NCBI GenBank assembly: GCA_963736875.1
Contig: CAVTQH010000003.1
Coordinates: 129,756 to 193,755, forward strand
Direction of reading: 5' to 3'
DNA length: 64,000 nt
Source of the DNA: Candidatus Amesbacteria bacterium
GTDB taxonomy: Bacteria; Patescibacteriota; Microgenomatia; CAZETR01; Amesbacteraceae
The translations under genes and the position numbers were made by a program. Positions 62,138 through 64,000 of the stretch are shown here, piece after piece. The first letter of the stretch is position 1; each line of letters opens with the position of its first letter. The notes below the pieces were generated by a model. The model was given only the letters and a program-made list of their open reading frames with translations, did not search any database and had not been told where the DNA came from.

Positions 62138-64000
62138 CCGGGAAAGTGATGATGTGGGAGGAAGTCTGGGCGGAAGTCAGAGTCAGAGTGTTGGTGGTAC
62201 CCAGGACCAGCTGGTTGGTGGCCGGCTGAAAAGTGCCGGAGAGAAGGTTGGCCGCGCCGGTGTTGGCGATGTTGTATGTGGTGGCTCCGCCGAAACTGAC
62301 ACCCTGGCTGAACTGGGTGTAGTTGGCGACGCCGGTCAAAGTATTGGTGTTGGGCAGAGTGACGGTGCCGGCCGTCGTCACATTACCCGTCCCGGGAGCG
62401 ACGGAGAAGTTACTGCCGCCGACGGTTAAATTGGCCGTGGTCACATCCAGGCCGTTGGTGGCATCGACGTTGCCGGCAAAAGTGGCCAGGCCGGTTTCGC
62501 ATATCGTCAACCCCGTGGTCCAGGCATCCTGGCCGCTTTTATACTGCAGAGTCAAAGGACCCATGTCGGGCCTGATGACATTGCCGGCGGTGAAGATTCC
62601 GGCCACGGAAGCGGTGCCGGATGTCAGGAGATTGCCGGTGTCGGCATATACATGGAAGAGAGCGGAGGCGGTGGCCGTTCCCCCTATCGCCAGATCAGCC
62701 GTGGTCGAGAAAGGCGCCAGGACGCCGGCGTTTAACTGCCAGAAACCGAACTGGCCGGATGAAGGACCGTAACAGACGGAGCCTGACAGACAGACGGTGC
62801 CGGTCGCATCCGGGAAAGTGATGATGTGGGAGGAAGTCTGGGCGGAAGTCAGAGTCAGAGTGTTGGTGGTACCCAGGACCAGCTGGTTGGTGGCCGGTGA
62901 AAAGTGCCGGAGAGAAGGTTGGCCGCGCCGGTGTTGGCGATGTTGTAGGTGGTGGCTCCGCCGAAACTGACACCCTGGCTGAACTGGGTGTAGTTGGCGA
63001 CGCCGGTCAAAGTCTTGGTGTTGGGCAGAGTAACGGTGCCGGCCGTCGTCACATTACCCGTCCCGGGAGCGACGGAGAAGTTACTGCCGCCGACGGTTAA
63101 ATTGGCCGTGGTCACATCCAGGCCGTTGGTGGCATCGACGTTGCCGGCAAAAGTGGCCAGGCCGGTTTCGCCTATGGTCAACCCCGTGGTCCAGGCATCC
63201 TGGCCGCTTTTATACTGCAGAGTCAAAGGACCCATGTCGGGCCTGATGACATTGCCGGCGGTGAAGATTCCGGCCACGGAAGCGGTGCCGGATGTCAGGA
63301 GGTTGCCGGTGTCGGCATATACATGGAAGAGAGCGGAGGCGGTGGCCGTTCCCCCTATGGCCAGATCCAGAGTGGTCGAGAAAGGCGCCAGGATGCCGTC
63401 GTTTAACTGCCAGAAACCGAACTGGCCGGATGAAGGACCGTAACAGACGGAGCCCGACAGACAGACGGTGCCGGTGGCATCCGGGAAAGTGATGATGTGG
63501 GAGGAAGTCTGGGCGGAAGTCAGAGTCAGAGTGTTGGTGGTACCCAGGACCAGCTGGTTGGTGGCCGGGTGAAAAGTGCCGGAGAGAAGGTTGGCCGCTC
63601 CGGTATTGGCGATGTTGTAGGTGGTGGCTCCGCCGAAACCGACGCCGTTACTGAACTGGGTGTAGCCGGCGACGCCGGTCAAAGTCTGGGTGTTGGGCAG
63701 AGTAATGGTGCCGGCCGTCGTCACATTACCGGTCCCGGGAGCGACACTGAAGTTACTGCCGCCGACGGTTAAATTGGCCGTGGTCACATCCAGGCCGTTG
63801 GTGGCGTCGACGTTGCCGGCGAAAGTGGCCAGGCCGGTTTCACTGATGGTTAACCCCGTGGTCCAGGCATCAAGGCCGCTTTTATACTGCAGAGTCAAAG
63901 GACCCATGTCGGGCCGGATGACATTGCCGGCGGTGAAGATTCCGGCCACGGAAGCGGTGCCGGATGTCAGGAGGTTGCCGGTGTCGGCATATACATGGAA
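60640..64000. repeat. Tandem array of >=5 copies of a 672-nt (224-codon) repeat, continuing beyond the window edge
   Basis: Antisense ORFs recur at 60978, 61650, 62323 and 62994 (spacing 672/673/671) and at 60780/61452. The encoded peptides are near-identical. Confidence 0.9.
62022..64000 (-). pseudogene. Upstream continuation of the mega-gene through the 672-nt repeat array, split into ORFs 62022..62606 and 62855..63949 by a +1 indel at ~62140 and a -1 indel at ~62896. It runs off the window
   Basis: All fragments encode the same 224-aa unit 'AGIFTAGNVIRPDMGPLTLQYKSG(Q/L)DAWTTGLTI.ETGLATFAGNVDATNGLDVTTANLTVGGSNFSVAPGTGNVTTAGT'. 'gtcggcatccggg' contrasts with 'gtcgcatccggg' in the other copies, and 'ggccggtgaaaag' contrasts with 'ggccggctgaaaag'. 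Confidence 0.5.

Noticed and set aside
60640-64000. Highly regular repeats that might look like a CRISPR array
   Set aside because: The repeat unit is 672 nt, it is protein-coding throughout (224-aa unit), and there are no short repeat/spacer alternations. There are no cas genes in the window.
53000-64000. Dozens of plus-strand ORFs of 60-190 aa (e.g. 60978..61427, 61650..62099, 55314..55859) with Pro/Val/Ala-rich peptides
   Set aside because: They are antisense to the long minus-strand mega-gene in GC-rich DNA that is poor in stop codons. Their periodic recurrence simply mirrors the sense-strand tandem repeats.
1-64000. Alternative genetic code (UGA recoding, as in some CPR lineages)
   Set aside because: ORFs of 6-9 kb are uninterrupted under the standard code, and housekeeping genes (leuS, tyrS, proS) have normal lengths with standard stops, so there is no need to invoke code 25.

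Overview
The window is roughly half ordinary genome and half accessory loci; GC is about 50% with marked local swings. The gene content suggests a small-genome, possibly CPR/Patescibacteria-like bacterium, but that is unconfirmed. It uses the standard genetic code, since multi-kb ORFs are uninterrupted. Region 1-7.5 kb (+ strand) holds two near-identical PA14/FN3 cell-surface protein paralogs flanking a lipoprotein gene. The upstream copy is frameshifted. The downstream copy ends 4 nt before a tRNA-Ala(GGC). Region 7.6-21.9 kb is housekeeping: an O-antigen-ligase/TPR membrane protein, an IS200-like Y1 transposase-domain gene with an upstream hairpin, an integrase-N-terminal-domain membrane protein, and the leuS-comEA-comEC(split)-glycosyltransferase operon. 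These are followed by a WecB/TagA glycosyltransferase, convergent tyrS, a hypothetical gene and archaeal-type proS. Region 21.9-23.7 kb is an AT-rich island with a two-gene AAA_21 ABC-ATPase plus RloB-like Toprim module. This is a candidate AbiL/PARIS-like abortive-infection system inserted between proS and uppS. The uppS gene carries an unusual ~170-aa C-terminal extension. Downstream are three tandem paralogs, each with a double zinc ribbon, a TM helix and a C-terminal domain. Region 27.2-64 kb (- strand) is a ~37-kb locus of giant secreted proteins of 2,100 to more than 4,500 aa. It holds three paralogous LamG/Laminin_G_3-repeat giants with DUF2341-like N-termini and one GC-rich beta-helix/tail-fibre-like mega-gene. 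An AT-rich AbiEi/AbiEii toxin-antitoxin pair sits between two of the giants, coupled to the downstream giant by a 4-nt start/stop overlap. A small AlpA-like HTH gene lies at the locus end. There are internal tandem nucleotide repeats of 672, 642, ~534 and 894 nt. Several single-nucleotide frameshifts split what look like single giant genes. Several genes have -10 boxes 7-10 nt upstream of the start codon and no SD, which suggests leaderless mRNAs.
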